The translations under genes and the position numbers were made by a program. The notes below the pieces were generated by a model. That model did no database searches. It saw only the letters and a list, made by a program, of their open reading frames with translations, and was not told where the DNA came from. Below, one piece after another: positions 36,075 through 49,938 of a DNA stretch of 64,000 bases. The stretch comes from Podarcis cretensis (taxonomy: Eukaryota): contig OX638160.1 in assembly GCA_951804945.1 (NCBI GenBank), positions 36,704,001 to 36,768,000 on the forward strand, in the 5' to 3' direction. The stretch's first letter is position 1; each line of letters starts with the position of its first letter.

Positions 36075-39000
36075 TATAATTCATGGTTTTGGAAAAAAAT
36101 TATATTTATCCACACTAAATGACAAGAGCTCTGTGTTTAGCTATTTAATGGGTCCAGAGGGGGTGACCTTATACAGAGTCTGACCATGGGTCCCACTAAC
36201 TCATTATTGTCCACACTGCATATATTGGCAGTGGCTCTCTGGGGTCTCAGACAGGTATTTTTCCCATAGATTGAACCAGAGTCATTTTGCTGCACCACTG
36301 AGCTATTTTCCCCTCCCCAATAAAGAACAATCTTCATACATTCAAAACAGTAACCATGTTGATCCAGCAAATAATCAGGCAAGGTTACAAATGTTTCACT
36401 GCTGGAGTTGATGGCAAACTGCAGGCCTGTTATGTACATCTTCCACGATACTTTGCTACAAGAGAACTGAGAGCACTTGATTTATGGCGAAAGTGGGATT
36501 CTGGTGTTTTGTTAAACGGTGAAATAACAGAACAGTTTTCTCTGCTTCACATTCCAACAGCTGTAGGAAAAGACAAAGATAACAGTGGGGTGTTTTTTTG
36601 TTTTGTTGTGTTTTTTTTTTTAAATCACAACCCGTTTCTTCTCCACGCACACATAACAGAAAGCTTACCATTAATGTGTAACATGTACAGTGTGGTAAAT
36701 TCATCAAGGAGAAGTTCGTGCAGATGGTTTTGATTCAACCATGACCGTCCCTTGAGAAGTCGGAGTCAGATATGAAACAGTGGGATGCAGGTCACTGAGC
36801 ACAAAGGCTAATGGAGCTTTCTGTTAATGGCATTATGTGGAGAAAGCAGGATGGCCAGTGGGCTGCCTGAAGCAACACATCAGGCATCCTGTTCACTACA
36901 CACTAGACATGGAGGAAAGCAAAGGGCTGAATCAATGGTCCTAAAACCAACTTGTGAAGATGACTGGGGCTGAGAAAATGAGACAGTAAGCCTACCACCA
37001 GATGATCTTTCTTGCAGGCCCTCTGCACCATCATTCAATCAGAATTGACTATCCACAAAGGCAAGCTCTCTGAAAATGTGTTTGTGAATGTGGCAATCTA
37101 ACAGTGTGATCCTGTACATGTCTACTCAGGAGGAGGTGAATTCAGTGGGAATTACAACACCCTTAGGCTCTCCCTTATGGGGGAAAGCCATGCAGGCAAT
37201 ACGTATGCCTTTTTTGACCTATATATTTTAAAATCTGGCTTTATTTAAAGCTCCTTTGTACCCACTGATGAAAAAGAGAAGATTTCATCCAATGGATATT
37301 GATATCACCCCCGTCATCATCACCATCATCAATAATCAAAATGTGTGGACATTTTTGATATTCCAAAGGCATCTGTGTAATCTGATATGGAGAGGGGGCT
37401 AGTTTGAACTCAGAATGAAATAACTGGAACCAGAAGTTTCGAGATGGGAAGTGTGGATCCATGCTCCATTTTGTGTCCACATTGTGGTCACATCATGTCT
37501 CGCTTGTTGTTTTTCAGCGATAAGTCTTCTTGTTGCCATTTTAGGCCAGATAGTTATCAGGAGTGCTTAGAACAGATGCATCCCAAATCTGCATATGTCA
37601 GATGAATGTGGGCTGTGCCAATCCAACACAGGCTTTAGTCACCCTGCAACAGCTGAATGCTCAATGTTGGCATCGGTGTACAGAGGACGGCATAAATCTG
37701 TCATGAAAATTGTTCATTGTACGTTGGCAAAACTTTGCCGGCCGGCTTCCAGGGGAAAACAATGTGAGCATTGCTTGGCACAGCCAAAATGAAGTCATAG
37801 CCAATGAAAGGAGAATTCCCTGAGGTGTTGAATTAGTTACCCACAGGCCTTTCACCGTACTTGAAAGCAAAAAGGAAGAAGATGGGCTGGGTAAAAAGGC
37901 AGATAAAGGCTAGGTAAAAATATAGATAAAGGAATATTTTTTATTAAAACAAACCTAAGGAAAAATATCAAGAATTGACAGGAACGTTTTTAATGCATGA
38001 CATACAGCAGAGATCCCACTCTTGCTCATTTCAGTCATAAAAAAAAAAAACTTTGCATTACCTATATACAATCTCATGCCAGACCATCTAACAAGCAGCT
38101 GCGACTGGAGTTGCAGCATGTACTGAACCCCGATGTTTGGGTACCTTTCAGCAGAACGCCAAAGTTATCAATAACCTAGTGGGCCATATTATGTGGGTGA
38201 CTCGTTCCATATTCTTATAACAATGAGGCGGCCCTCCCAATAGCCCTCTTCACATGAGGTGACATGTAATTGGAACATTTAGGTTGGTTCCATGTTGACT
38301 TTGCCACTCTCTTCCATTTCTGGAGATACAGAAAGAATGAGCTGTTTATAGAAAGGTTCGTTCCACTATGCTTTTTGGGCTCGATGACTATTGAAGCACT
38401 GTCGCTTGAAGGCATAAATAAATATTGAAGAACCAATATAGTTTCTTCTTCATGGGAAGGACCCCCCCCCCAAAAAAAAAAAAAACTGTGAGAAGGATTT
38501 GAGGTAGATTTTTGGGTCCGACTTTGTATAGGCTCCTTTGTAAGCTGTGAAAAAGTCACATGGGGAATTATAAACCCTTCATGAGGAGGCCCAAGTGGGA
38601 CATCAGGCTGCTCTGAGGGGGAAAGGCAGGTGGCAGATAGCAGGATGGGTGGACAAACATACAATATTTACTATGTATTTTAAACTATGGGAGTTGGGTA
38701 GAAGTGCATCTTGATTTGTAAGCGTAGCTCATCCTAAATGACATAGCTTACTTTTTCCTGTGTTGTTGTTTTATCATTGCTGTGCCAGTGAGTTGCATAT
38801 TTTCATAGCACAGACTTTCGCCCCCCTCCCATTCAGCTTTCACTGAGATACTTGTAGTCATCTGCTTGAAGCCCATGGCCTTTAACCTCTTGCTATTCAG
38901 TGACTGCATTTTCTAGTATTTTCTGCTGCCAATGGGTGGTCTCAGTAGACAGTGGTCACAGATGTCTGCTCCAGATAAGCCCAGCCTTCAGCTCATGGGA

Positions 39001-39650
39001 GGGGATCTGTCATTGACTTAAACGAAGGGTGAAATATGCAGGATAGGGGCAAGTGCCAAGACTCCTTTATCAGCTATTAAGAATGATAACATTTATAGTA
39101 CACAAGGCTGCTCAGAGACAGGTCTAACCTTACATCTCAAGAGCCTTTATCCTTGCTCATTGACAAAGCTGGAAAATACTGCCTACTCAATTCCATACAG
39201 GACACTTTCCTCCCATATGAGGAAATAACACCAAAACTATAAAGTTCCTACACCAGAAATGGAAATAAAAAACAACATCAAGAGCCACATTATAGTTGCT
39301 TAAAAGCTTACAGTACTATCTGACAACATGCTCAAGTCACACCACTCCCAACAGATGAGAAAGTCGATAAGTGCTGACCCTAACCTGCTGGGTCTGAGGG
39401 ACTTTATCACGACCTGCAGACCTGTCCACTAGCAGTGACAGAACGATGGCTGAAGCAAGGGAGGCCAGAAGTCACTGATTCTCCAGGCAGGCAAACAGGA
39501 CAGGAAGGTGGGGCAAATCAGAGTAAGGCAAGTCAGTACCATGGAGGGAGATCAAAGTGTGGGTTCAGGACCACGGAGAGTACCCTTGTAGCTGAGATCC
39601 AACATCTAAGGTCCTGGGATAACTCGCTGAGCTTTATAGCAGGGCTAGCT

Positions 39651-39786
39651 CAGTGTTTCCCAACCTTGGACCTCCAGCTGTTTTTGAACTACAATTCCCA
39701 TCATCCCTGACCACTGGTCTTGCTAGCTAGGGATGATGGGAGTTGTAGTCCAAAAACAGCTGGAGGCCCAAGGTTGGGAAACACTG
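39651..39786. mobile_element. 136-bp hAT MITE
   Basis: Perfect TIR cagtgtttcccaaccttgg; perfect TSD ggctagct. Confidence 0.95.
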
Positions 39787-40392
39787 GGCTAGCTAATCGT
39801 GGGCTATGGGCTCCATCCCCTGAGTGCAGCGTCCTACAGGACTGGAATCCAAAAGCTAAACTGACTGCACCACAACTATTTTCCTTTAGCTGTTGGATTT
39901 ATAACATAAGACTTCAGTGAAGGCTTTCTTCTAGGCTCTGATCCATGAATGCAGGGCATCACATTGTCATTTGTTAGGGGTACAGGAAAGTAAATTTAGG
40001 GTTCTTTGAACAGAAACTAAACCACCAGCAATTTCAGTCAATGGGAAGGACTTATTTAGCCATCTCATCTGAAGGGTCTGAGTAGCCTAAATTTCTTCCA
40101 AAAATACAAGCAGTGAAAACAGGTACAGATCCACAAGGGATTCTGTTCACTGCATCCAGGAGCTGTGTGCTGACTCTAGTTCCCACAAGCCAGGCAATGC
40201 TGACTAAAGAACTTGCCACTTAAATTAGAACTCATGGAGCCATATGTTTCAAACCTGTGGGTCATATTTTATACCCAAAAAAATAACTGTGACAGGCTGC
40301 ATTTTGTGCTGAGGAGTTGCATTTCAAGGACAATGTTGTTCTTAATGCTGATTTGTACATTATAAACTTTATTCCATATTTGATTCTTTAAT

Positions 40393-40429
40393 CAAACAAA
40401 CAAACAAACAAACAAACAAACAAACAAAC
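40393..40429. repeat. (CAAA)n microsatellite
   Basis: Direct observation. Confidence 0.95.
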
Positions 40430-40796
40430 ACTATGGTGCCAATTCTCAAAGCACTGACTTTGCTTTTTACTGACTAGCTGAAAGCCCTCCCAGCAAGATG
40501 TATTTTAATTCTCGCTTTAAAAAAACCTGCCCTTTACCTTCTGACTTTCTCAGCCTTTCAATTTCCCCACCCATCCTCTGTCCTCTCCAACTGCTTTGCC
40601 CCTCTTGATGACAAAAGATGATATGCAGTGATGTCAGGTCGGAGATTTTGAGGCAAGTTTGTCCAAGCAGATAAATCAAGGGCAGTTTGCTGGGGCCAGC
40701 AGTTGCATGCCAAGGAGGCCTGTGACATCAGAGCTCACAATGAGGTCATAGCAGGTCTTTGACTCTTTGTTCTGCATTTTTTTAATTGCTGTTGGC

Positions 40797-40990
40797 TAGG
40801 GTTGCCATATTTCAAACAGTGAAAATCTGGACAGAAGAGTTGTTGAGCTTTTTTGGCAAAACCACAAACAAATGGCAATGATGATTATAATTTTAAATAT
40901 GTAAAATTATTTTTTTTAAAAGAAAATCGGCAATAATGACATAGGTTGCCATACGTCCGGATTTTCCCAGACATTTGTATGGCAACCCTA
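40797..40990. mobile_element. hAT (Blackjack-like) MITE
   Basis: TIR tagggttgccata / tatggcaacccta; perfect TSD ctgttggc. Confidence 0.9.
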
Positions 40991-43049
40991 CTGTTGGCAT
41001 CTGCTATTTTCATGAACAAGTATAACAAAATAGATAAATAAGTAAAACTTTATGGTACAGTATTTAAAGGGAGAACATGCTAAGAAATAGGACTCGGGAA
41101 GCTACCTCATATTGAGTGAGATGATTGTTCCGTCAAGTCCAGTATTGTCTACCACAAGGCTGGGCAACCTGAGGCTCTTAAAATGTTTTTGTACTCCAAC
41201 TCCCATCAGCCCTAGCCAGCAAGGGGATGATGGGAGTTGTAGTCCAACAAGCATTGGAGACCACACGTTCCCCATTCTTGGTTTAAAATGACTGACAACA
41301 TCTCTTCAGGGTTTTCACAGGAGTTTTTCCCAGTCCTGCATGGAGATGATGGGGATTGAACCTCAGACCTTCTACACGGGAAGCATTTGTGCTTCCGCTG
41401 AGCCACAGTGCTCCCCTTGCCTTCCTCCTGAAATTAAAGTGAAAATCTACCTGATACAGGAAGGGAGAAACCCTCTGTTGGTAGTGGCAGCAGTCTGAGA
41501 CCGTAGGGGTCACCTGTAGATGTAAATCTCCAAGTAACGGAGGGTGTTATTGAGTCAGCTTGTACTTTTTATTCAACATATTTAAGAAGATGATTTCAGA
41601 TTTCATGGCTGTCTTCTTGACATGTGACAGAGGACACTACTTTCATCTTCTGTTGCAGCATTTAACAGTGAGGTCGAGAGTTTAGAGGAGGAGAGAAGGT
41701 AGAGACAACGATCAAACCTAGTGAGATTGAGCTCAAATTCTTCGTGGTTATCTGGCCTTCCATTCTCAAACACAACACTCCATAAGAAACCAGCCCAACA
41801 CGGGGATTGTAAATCTACCGAGATGCCAACATTTGGCCTAAGCACACCTCCCCCTGTCAGAATTGCAGAATTGCTTTATGGGGTACGGGGCAAAGGTTTT
41901 ACCTGCCGTGTTCATGGAGTGCATATTAAAACTGTCAGGAAGCTTAGAAACCCACAAATTCTAGCTTGACTGCTTCTTTCAGGGGTTTTTTAAAATTTAA
42001 TCTGAGGTTTATAGCCTGTGGCCACTTGTTGCAGGTAAAAGATAACTGTGCCTATTTTCTGAACAGAATATTTTAAGTAGGGTCACTTACCTACAGCTGC
42101 ACAAACAGCAGGGGCTGCCTTAAAAGTTGCATTTCAGAGCACACTGCTTAGAGTGCATCTGCAGCATCAAAGACCCCAATAACAAAATACTTTAAAAAAA
42201 GAAAGTTGCATTAAAGAACCACCCAACACTTCATAATGGCCCTATTAGCTGGGCAAAGGATCACATGCCATTGTATTGTAGGGAGCCCTGAATGGGAAAA
42301 TGTTAGGCAGGAAGAACATTGTAAAGCTGTTGTACAGAAAGCCACAACATGTTTCCATGGTGCTTTATAGCCCTCTAATTTTTATAGGGAGATGTTGTAC
42401 CTAGAAGAAAGTGCTGAAAGCCCAGTTCCCAAAACAGTTCCGTCATAGGCTTTACAGAACTGCCCTTATTTAGGGGGTGACCCTGAAATAAAGAAGGAAC
42501 TAGACAGGGAATAAAATAGCCCAGTGCCATTGGAGTGACTATAAGTGGATTGCAAAAATATCAAGACTTCAAAAATATGTCCTTGTCCCACTAGAATCAG
42601 CTATAGCCTTATATATGTGTGATGTATACACAGGAGATTTGGAAAAGGGTCAGAAGTTGTTCCTTTCCCTTCACTTTTCATGGGGTATATTATATCCGGT
42701 GTAAATGTAATGATTCCGTTCAGTGATCCACAAGCAGTGGGAGTCACCTGATTTTCCATGGTGCAACATATGGAGAGAGCAGACGCCTTGCTAACTTTGG
42801 AGCCTGACAGAAGCAATCACTGAAGACAAAGGGAATAATTCCATTGATTTCCACGGACATTAGAGCAAGTCTTTGGTGCTTAGAAAAGGGGGAAAGGGGA
42901 CTCCAAGAGGCTGTGGAAATAGACGGATCCCACTGAACACAGAAATGGGTCGATCCAGATGTACCAACACAGCTTTGTGTTGAAGTGTAAAGAACCACAA
43001 TCTGCATTCAGCGGATAAATTGACACAACAGGCTTCTGCCCCTGCTCTT

Positions 43050-43945
43050 CAAAATACTAGAACCCAGGAATCGTCCAATGAAGCTGGATTCTAGATGTTT
43101 CTGGGTAGACAGAAGGCAGTGCATCTTCACAGAGGGCATAGTTAAACTGTAGAATGCACACCCGAAAAAGCAGTGATAGCCACCATCTTGGACAGCTTTA
43201 AAGCAGGGGGAATTCTTGGAGGATAATACTGTCATCATGGCTAGGTGCTCCCTCCAAAATTGGAGACAGGATACCCCTGTTTACCAGTTGCTTGGGATTG
43301 CAAGTGATGAGAGTCAGGGCTTTTTTTCCCAGCCAGAACTTGCCAGGACTCAGTTCCGTCACCTCTCAGGTGAGCACCACTGCCATCCTATGAGAACAAG
43401 GGAGGTGTTCATGGTGAGTTCCGGCAACTCTTTTTCTAGAGAAACAGATCCAGGGGCTGCGTGCATCCACGCAAAGGGCACCCCCCGTTCTATGGGGGGA
43501 GCGGTCATTGTGCTCATGTCCTTCATGTGGTCATAACAAAGCTGCAGAGATAGTGCAGGATAGTGCGCACCCCAGAAATGATCTCTTTCAGCTTCTGCCT
43601 TTTGGAAGAAGGTACAGGGTTATAAAGACTAGGACTAGCCGCCTGAGAAACAGTTTCTATCCAAATGTGATTTTGGTTTTAAACGCAGTGTAAGGTAGTC
43701 TCTGTGGGAGTATATTGTATTTAATTATGCGGTATCAGAGTTTTTAGGGGGTTAACCAGGCTGGGATAGCTGGGATAGCAGGCTTGTTGGTTTTTGAATG
43801 TCTGATGTAGATTTTTTTTCAATTTCTTTGTTCTGTATGGGACAATGACAATAAAGATTATCGTATTGTGGTTGTAAACATCTGGTTGACCAACATGATT
43901 CTGGACTAAATGGGCCTTAGTACTTGTTCAGCAGGGCTCTCCTCT
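43050..43945 (+). mobile_element. Old CR1 3' end carrying a nested MITE (about 43315-43455) and a Rex1 fragment
   Basis: tactagaaccc..ccaatgaagctg, cttcacaga..catagttaaact, tail ctggactaaatgggcc...cagcagggctct. Confidence 0.65.
43535..43868 (+). mobile_element. Rex1/Babar LINE 3' end
   Basis: KAAEIVQDSAHPRNDLFQLLPFGRRYRVIKTRTSRLRNSFYP* then atgacaataaag. Confidence 0.85.
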
Positions 43946-44184
43946 TGTATTTCCCCTTGTAGTCTTATATTTAATAGGAACAGCTTATCTGTTTAAATCT
44001 CCTCCTCCTACGAGGATGCACAAAACAGGGCTGCTCCTGGACTTCATCAACATCAGAACTCGTTTCCGGTGGTGGCACTCATCACTTGAAACATGTGTGC
44101 CAAGCACAATCCTCAGCATCTCCAAGGCAAGGCTGTCCCCTGTCTGCAGCCTTGGAGAGAAACTGCCAGTTGGTGTCAACAATA

Positions 44185-44433
44185 CAGTGGTACCTCGGGT
44201 TAAGAAATTAATTCGTTCTGGAGGTCTGTTCTTAACCTGAAACTGTTCTTAGCCTGAGGTACCACTTTAGCTAATGGGGCCTCCTGCTGCTGCTGCTGCT
44301 GCTGCTGCACCGCCGCTGCACCGCCGCTGCACGATTTCTGTTCTCATCCTGAAGCAAAGTTCTTAACCCAAGGTACTATTTCTGGGTTAGCGGAGTCTGT
44401 AACCTGAAGCGTATGTAACCCGAGGTACCACTG
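44185..44433 (+). mobile_element. Tigger-like MITE inserted in a tRNA-SINE
   Basis: TIR cagtggtacctcgggtta / taacccgaggtaccactg with TA TSD; expanded internal (gct)n. Confidence 0.92.
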
Positions 44434-47400
44434 TACTGAGCTAGATGAATCCTTGGTCTGACTGGGTGTAAGGCAGTGTCCTGAGTTTCTAGCTTCCCTA
44501 TTAGCAGGATCCAGCATCAGTCGGGCAATACTGAGCCCACATGTAACAGAGGGAAGATTTCATTTTCCAAACCGCATAAGGAAATTAGATGAGTGAAGGG
44601 GAAATGCAAAATTTCCTACAAGAGAAGCATCCCCTACAGCAAATTAATACCAATTGTACATTTTGCAGTGTTTGTTTTAAATGATCACCGAGAAAGGCCC
44701 TTGTTTTAGCCGACCTGTGAGAAAATGAGGGGATTGTTATCCTAATTTGTGCAATGAGGGACACTTCTCATGGATGTGTTCAGAACCTGTGTGCGTGCAA
44801 ACAAATGTCACTGCTGTATGGACCCCAATAAGTGAAATACATTGAACTTCATATAGATGAAAATAAAAACAACAACAGAAAGTTTTGCAAAAAAATGTTT
44901 TGAAGATGGTAGCTCTTTATTCAGAGGGTTACTGTTGCTCTGATGCTTTGGGGATGTTTTTAAGCAGAAAAAAGGGGACATTTTCATTTTAAAACCTTTG
45001 TCTTAAGGCAAACCTAAAGGCAGGCTTTATATTTCACATTCTTTGCACAAAGCACTTTTTGGCTGAAACTTGGCCCAAAATACATCCCATAGTTGATGGA
45101 GAAGCACAAGCGCCTGGAGGCTCCCAGCTCCATACCTCAAGAATGTTTCTTATTGGTTGGCTGTTTTGGCTTTGCCACCTGGATTTATCGGGGAGGGGCA
45201 AGGGGGCCCTCAGCCGCTGCTGGGAATGTGCCCTAGCCCTGCCCGCCTGCTCTCCCCTCTCACCCCTCTGACAGATTAAAACACAACAGGGTCTGTTGGA
45301 GAACTGACACATTCCTCCCCCATCTGACTCTGAAAGGACTTCATTTAGCAGCCCCGCAGTTTGGGCTTTTGACTGACAGATTGTGAAGGGGGAAAGTCAT
45401 TCAGTTCCATTAAGCTCAGTAACTGCTGCAGAACAAAACACCTTTTTTTGGGGGGGAGAGAAATAAAAAAAATAAAGAGAGGCATGAAAAAGAACTATGG
45501 AAAGTGGGGGCATGAGCTTTGGAGAGAGAAGGAGGGGGAAGCAGATTCTTTTCAGGTTCAAAGACAGTCTTTCTCTTTGCATTCTGTCTATCAATTAGGG
45601 CAGCATTCCCAGAGGGAATAGAGTCCAGCTCTCATTGGTGTCATTCAACTGCCAATCTTCTTGACATGAACACCAAAGGGCCTCATGTTGCGCTGCGGAA
45701 GCTGTCTGTCAGGCAATCAGCAGCTGCTATGACATCATCTGTGGTGTTTTTCTAGGGCTATTATGGCGGATGGGGGAAATATAACCCTAAGTGAGTCAGA
45801 GCTCTCTCCCACTCCCCACTGTCTCAATCAGGATTAATATTTTCCTTTTATACACACAACATGTATTTCTTTATTTAAAAGAAATATGGTTCTTAATTTT
45901 TGGATTCGTTAAAGAAGATTACAAATTCTATATTGCAAGGGGGTTGGGAAGCAGCGTGCAAAAACATCCCCTAAATCTTTACCCTATCTAGTCATTATAG
46001 GGATCAAGATTATTTTCTCGGTCTTCTGTCAGCAGTGCCTTTGCCAGCCTGTCTTATTTGTAAGTGCAATCAGATTATTTTGCCCTAGAAAGGGACCAAA
46101 AGGGAGTCCAATATGCTACTGAAAAGGGTTACTGAAATCAACAGAGGTCTAGCCTCTGAATTCCAAAATGGAAACCTTGATAGTGGGCAATTGTGCATAT
46201 TAGCTCTGTTTATAAACCAGTCCTGTAGATGGAGCAACACACTGGTGGAGAAAGACATGTTGAAATAGACATATGACTGCATGCAGGAGAAATCCATATT
46301 TGCTCCTTTTTCCTTACAGAGCTCAAGCTTCACAAACCATTGGAAATATGTGTTGATCAACAAATCCAACATTGATTTAGCAGTGCCTTATCCTTCTAAC
46401 CACTTTAGTCAAGTTATCTTCCTCTCAAATCTAAAGAACAACTTCAGTACTTTCACTTGAACAATGGTTTAGGGCCCCCCAAACAATTAACTTTTTAAAC
46501 TTCAAATAAATTGAGCAGGAAGAGACAACTGAATGACCAATTTACATCACTGGGGTCAGCCAATCAGCACTCTCCAGGAAGAGGAAGCTCTCATTTTCCA
46601 TGAGGTCAAGTCTGTAGGTATAAGGGGGAAGGTAGAAATTTGCTTTCCCGGCAAATTACTCCTTCTCCCAGCAGGCTCCCTGTTCAAATTAATGTGGATT
46701 TATATGTATGGTAAACTTTTGATTAGCAATTCTGCTGTGGAACAAAGCCTGTTTTAAGACATAAAAAATATTAGGTGAACAATGTCCTTACCTTCATCTA
46801 TGGGCCATTATCACTCTTAAAAAAAACACAAAATCCTACAAGACATTATGTAACTAATCTGCCCCAGAATGTTGTTTATGCTTTAGCAGTCATTTTAAAT
46901 GCTTGATGTCATTTTCATATGCCCTTGGAAATCCACTCAGCTATTGGTTCTGTAAATCTTGATTTATTTTTATGTGCAACATGTGGATATTCCTAATTGG
47001 GGGAAATGCTTTAAATTGTATCCAAAACAATTTTAAGATAGGAGAAACAGGTTAATGAATGCAAGGCAGAGAATTTAAGCACAGGGCATTTTTTTTTTTT
47101 AAATTTCTGAGATTTACATCCTACCCTTCACAGTTTACAACAAAACTCCTAGGGTGGCTTAAAGGATAAAATAGTAAAAACATAGCAATTTATAAAGCAC
47201 CATAAAAAATACAATAATTAAAACTGGAGAAAGCAGCCTTTATAAACTGACACCATAATAATAACAGATTAAAGGACAACATAGGAAGCTGCCTTATACT
47301 GATGATGATGATGATGATGATGATGACGACAACAACAATGAATTATTATTTATACCCCGCCCATTTGGCTGGGTTTCTTCAGCCACTCTGGGCGGTTCCC

Positions 47401-47463
47401 AACAGAATATTAATAGTAATAATAAAATAGCGATAAAACATATACATTAAAAACTTCCCTAAA

Positions 47464-47554
47464 CTAGTCCAGCCCTTCAATGCAGCTGTCCCATACAGGG
47501 ATCAAGCCTGCAACCTTGGCATTATCAGCACCACACTCTAACCAGCTGAGCTAT
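47464..47554 (-). mobile_element. tRNA(Ile-like) SINE
   Basis: Reverse complement of the head of 991-1133. Confidence 0.75.
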
Positions 47555-48074
47555 AGATTCAGATGAGGGACATCCCCTGTCCTACTCAGAAATGCTAGGG
47601 ATTTGAACCCACACCTTCTGAATGCCACAGACTATGGGGCAGAGCAAATGTCCCTCTTCAGCTGCAGAAAGAGGGGTCCTTTCTGGATGGAGAAGCAGGC
47701 CCACCGTCACACGTCTCTCCACTGTGGCTGTAGATAAAGACCCAGAGAGGGGCAAAGTTGGCACCAGGGGCGCCATCTCCTAGGGGCCGAGCAAACTTGC
47801 GCCCCACAATATTTGGGGGGCTGGGGCAGTGTTCAAAGGGGGGCGGAGGAAGCCAATCGCAGAGCCGAACATGGTGTGTCTTCAATGGCTGGCACCTCCT
47901 GCTGCTGCCACAGAGGGGAACGGGCAGGGAAGCAGCCCTTGGCTAGTGGCAGTGGCAAGAGGAGGAACCGCCGGTCACTAAAGCTACGCTGCTGTCATGT
48001 CCTTTCTCTGTCCCCTGGCTCCTCTCAATGTTCTGACATTGTGTGCACAACATCGTTCCCCCATCATCTCCACC

Positions 48075-48377
48075 CCCATCATTCTGCCCAAGGGCCTTCT
48101 GGCGGTTCCCTCACTGCAAGAAGCAAAGCTACAGGGAACCAGGCAGAGGGCCTTCTTGGTAGTGGTGCCCACCCTGTGGAAAGCCCTCCCATAAGATGTC
48201 AAAGAGATAAACAACTACCTGACATTTAGAAGACATCTGAAAGCAGCCCTGTTCAGGGAAGTTTTTAATGTGTGACATTTTAATCTATTTTTGGTCTTTG
48301 TTGGAAGCCGCCCAGAGTGGCTGGGGAAGCCCAGCCAGATGGGTGGGGTACAAATAATAAATTGTTGTTGTTGTTGC

Positions 48378-48408
<31 letters not shown>

Positions 48409-48410
48409 AT
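48075..48410 (+). mobile_element. L2 3' end with (gtt)n tail
   Basis: GLLAVPSLQEAKLQGTRQRAFLVVVPTLWKALP; gccgcccagagtggctgggg...ccagatggg end. Confidence 0.8.
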
Positions 48411-49517
48411 TTCCCTCAGAAGTTGGCACCTCTGGTTGGCACATAAGCCCATAATCTTTTCAGTTGTAAATGATGAGCAGAGGAAGACTTTTGGGGCAAT
48501 GGTGCTCTCCTTGGAATACATCTGCACATCATTACCTAGGCAGATTCTTATCCAGAGTCTGTTATTTTTTAAAACTGGAGCAACATCACTTGCAGTAATT
48601 ATAAACTCTGTGGGATGATGAAGGCTTATGACCTATTAGCACAAGCCACCGTGAACTCAACATGTGAATGCTACAGTGAAACCATATACTTCTTTAAAGA
48701 TGAGTGTGACTGACTGTCATAAGATGTAAACAACCTCAAAATTTAAATAAGGACAGGCATTATGGCTTTACTCCGAGTTTTCCATTCGGCTCCTGTCGAC
48801 TCGGCTCAGATGAGTTAGGTAGATAAATATTTCTTGTCTAAATGGTAAATACATTTTAGAGGCACATTACCAGAGACATAAATTATCCGAGTCCTGATTT
48901 TACATTTGAAAAATCAATTCATTTCGGATAGAAGTTTGCTTTCCCCTCAAGTAGCAATATGAGTAAATGTCAAGTGAATTTAAGTCTACTAAAGGTTCAC
49001 TGGAATATATTTAATCAAACTCTAAAAATCATAAATGTTCATTTTGCATTCACTTGATGTTAACAGATTGTTCTGACAATTCAATTTGCATATACTGTCA
49101 GGGAAGTGACAAAGCAAACATGTGCTCTCAAAAATCGCTTGGTCTTTGCAAATATTATTAGTGAGGAAAGACATTTAATCGCAGGCTTGAGTGAGCAAAT
49201 ATTTGAAGCTGAGAGTTTTATTTTAGCACTGTTGGGTGGCAAGAAGGCTTTTCCTGTCTTCCACCCAGAAGCCAGAATGCCTGATGAAATTAACATTCCG
49301 TTTGCTTCCGAGTCAGCGTCAACATAGAAGGTTGCCTTATGCAGAGTCAAACCATCTGCCTCCATATTTGCTGCACCGACTGGCAGTGACTTGCCAGGGT
49401 TTTGGAACCCTGCCTGCAGTGACTTGAACCCGGGACAGTCTGCATGCAAACCAGAAAGTTTTGCTTTACAAGTAAGCTATGACTCCTCCCCACAGTTCTA
49501 CATGCATTTCTTTCTCC

Positions 49518-49938
49518 TTTTCATAATTTTTTATTTGATTTTACAGTACAATTAAAATTTACATTCAAACATGAATTAACATCACAAAAATATATGATTT
49601 CTCGAAGCCTTGGACTTCCCTCCACCCCCACCTCGTGGGTTACCTTGTTAATCTCTCCATTGCATCTTACATTGCGCTCCATTTTTTATATTAAAATACC
49701 TCCATTGTTTCCATAGTTTTTGTTACATTGCAAGTGTTGTTACAATCCTGCTAATGTTTTTAATTGTTTACAGTGTTCTCCAAGGTAAATTATGAATTTC
49801 CCCCATTCTTTATTAAAAAAATTATCTTCCTGGTTTCTGATCTTTCCAGTCATTTTGCCAAATTGGTTTAATCCATCAATTTGATCAACCATTCTTCTCT
49901 AGTAGGGATTTTGTCTTCCTTCCATCTCTGGGCTAGAA
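49518..49938 (-). mobile_element. L1/Tx1-like 3' fragment
   Basis: Minus strand reads LAQRWKEDKIPTREEWLIKLMD; T-rich tail. Confidence 0.8.

Noticed and set aside
39405-39860. Possible Gypsy solo LTR around the MITE at 39651
   Set aside because: Some LTR-like composition, but termini and TSD could not be defined
47757-47778. CTCF-like site ttggcaccaggggcgcc
   Set aside because: Imperfect match within probable repeat-derived GC-rich sequence; no further support
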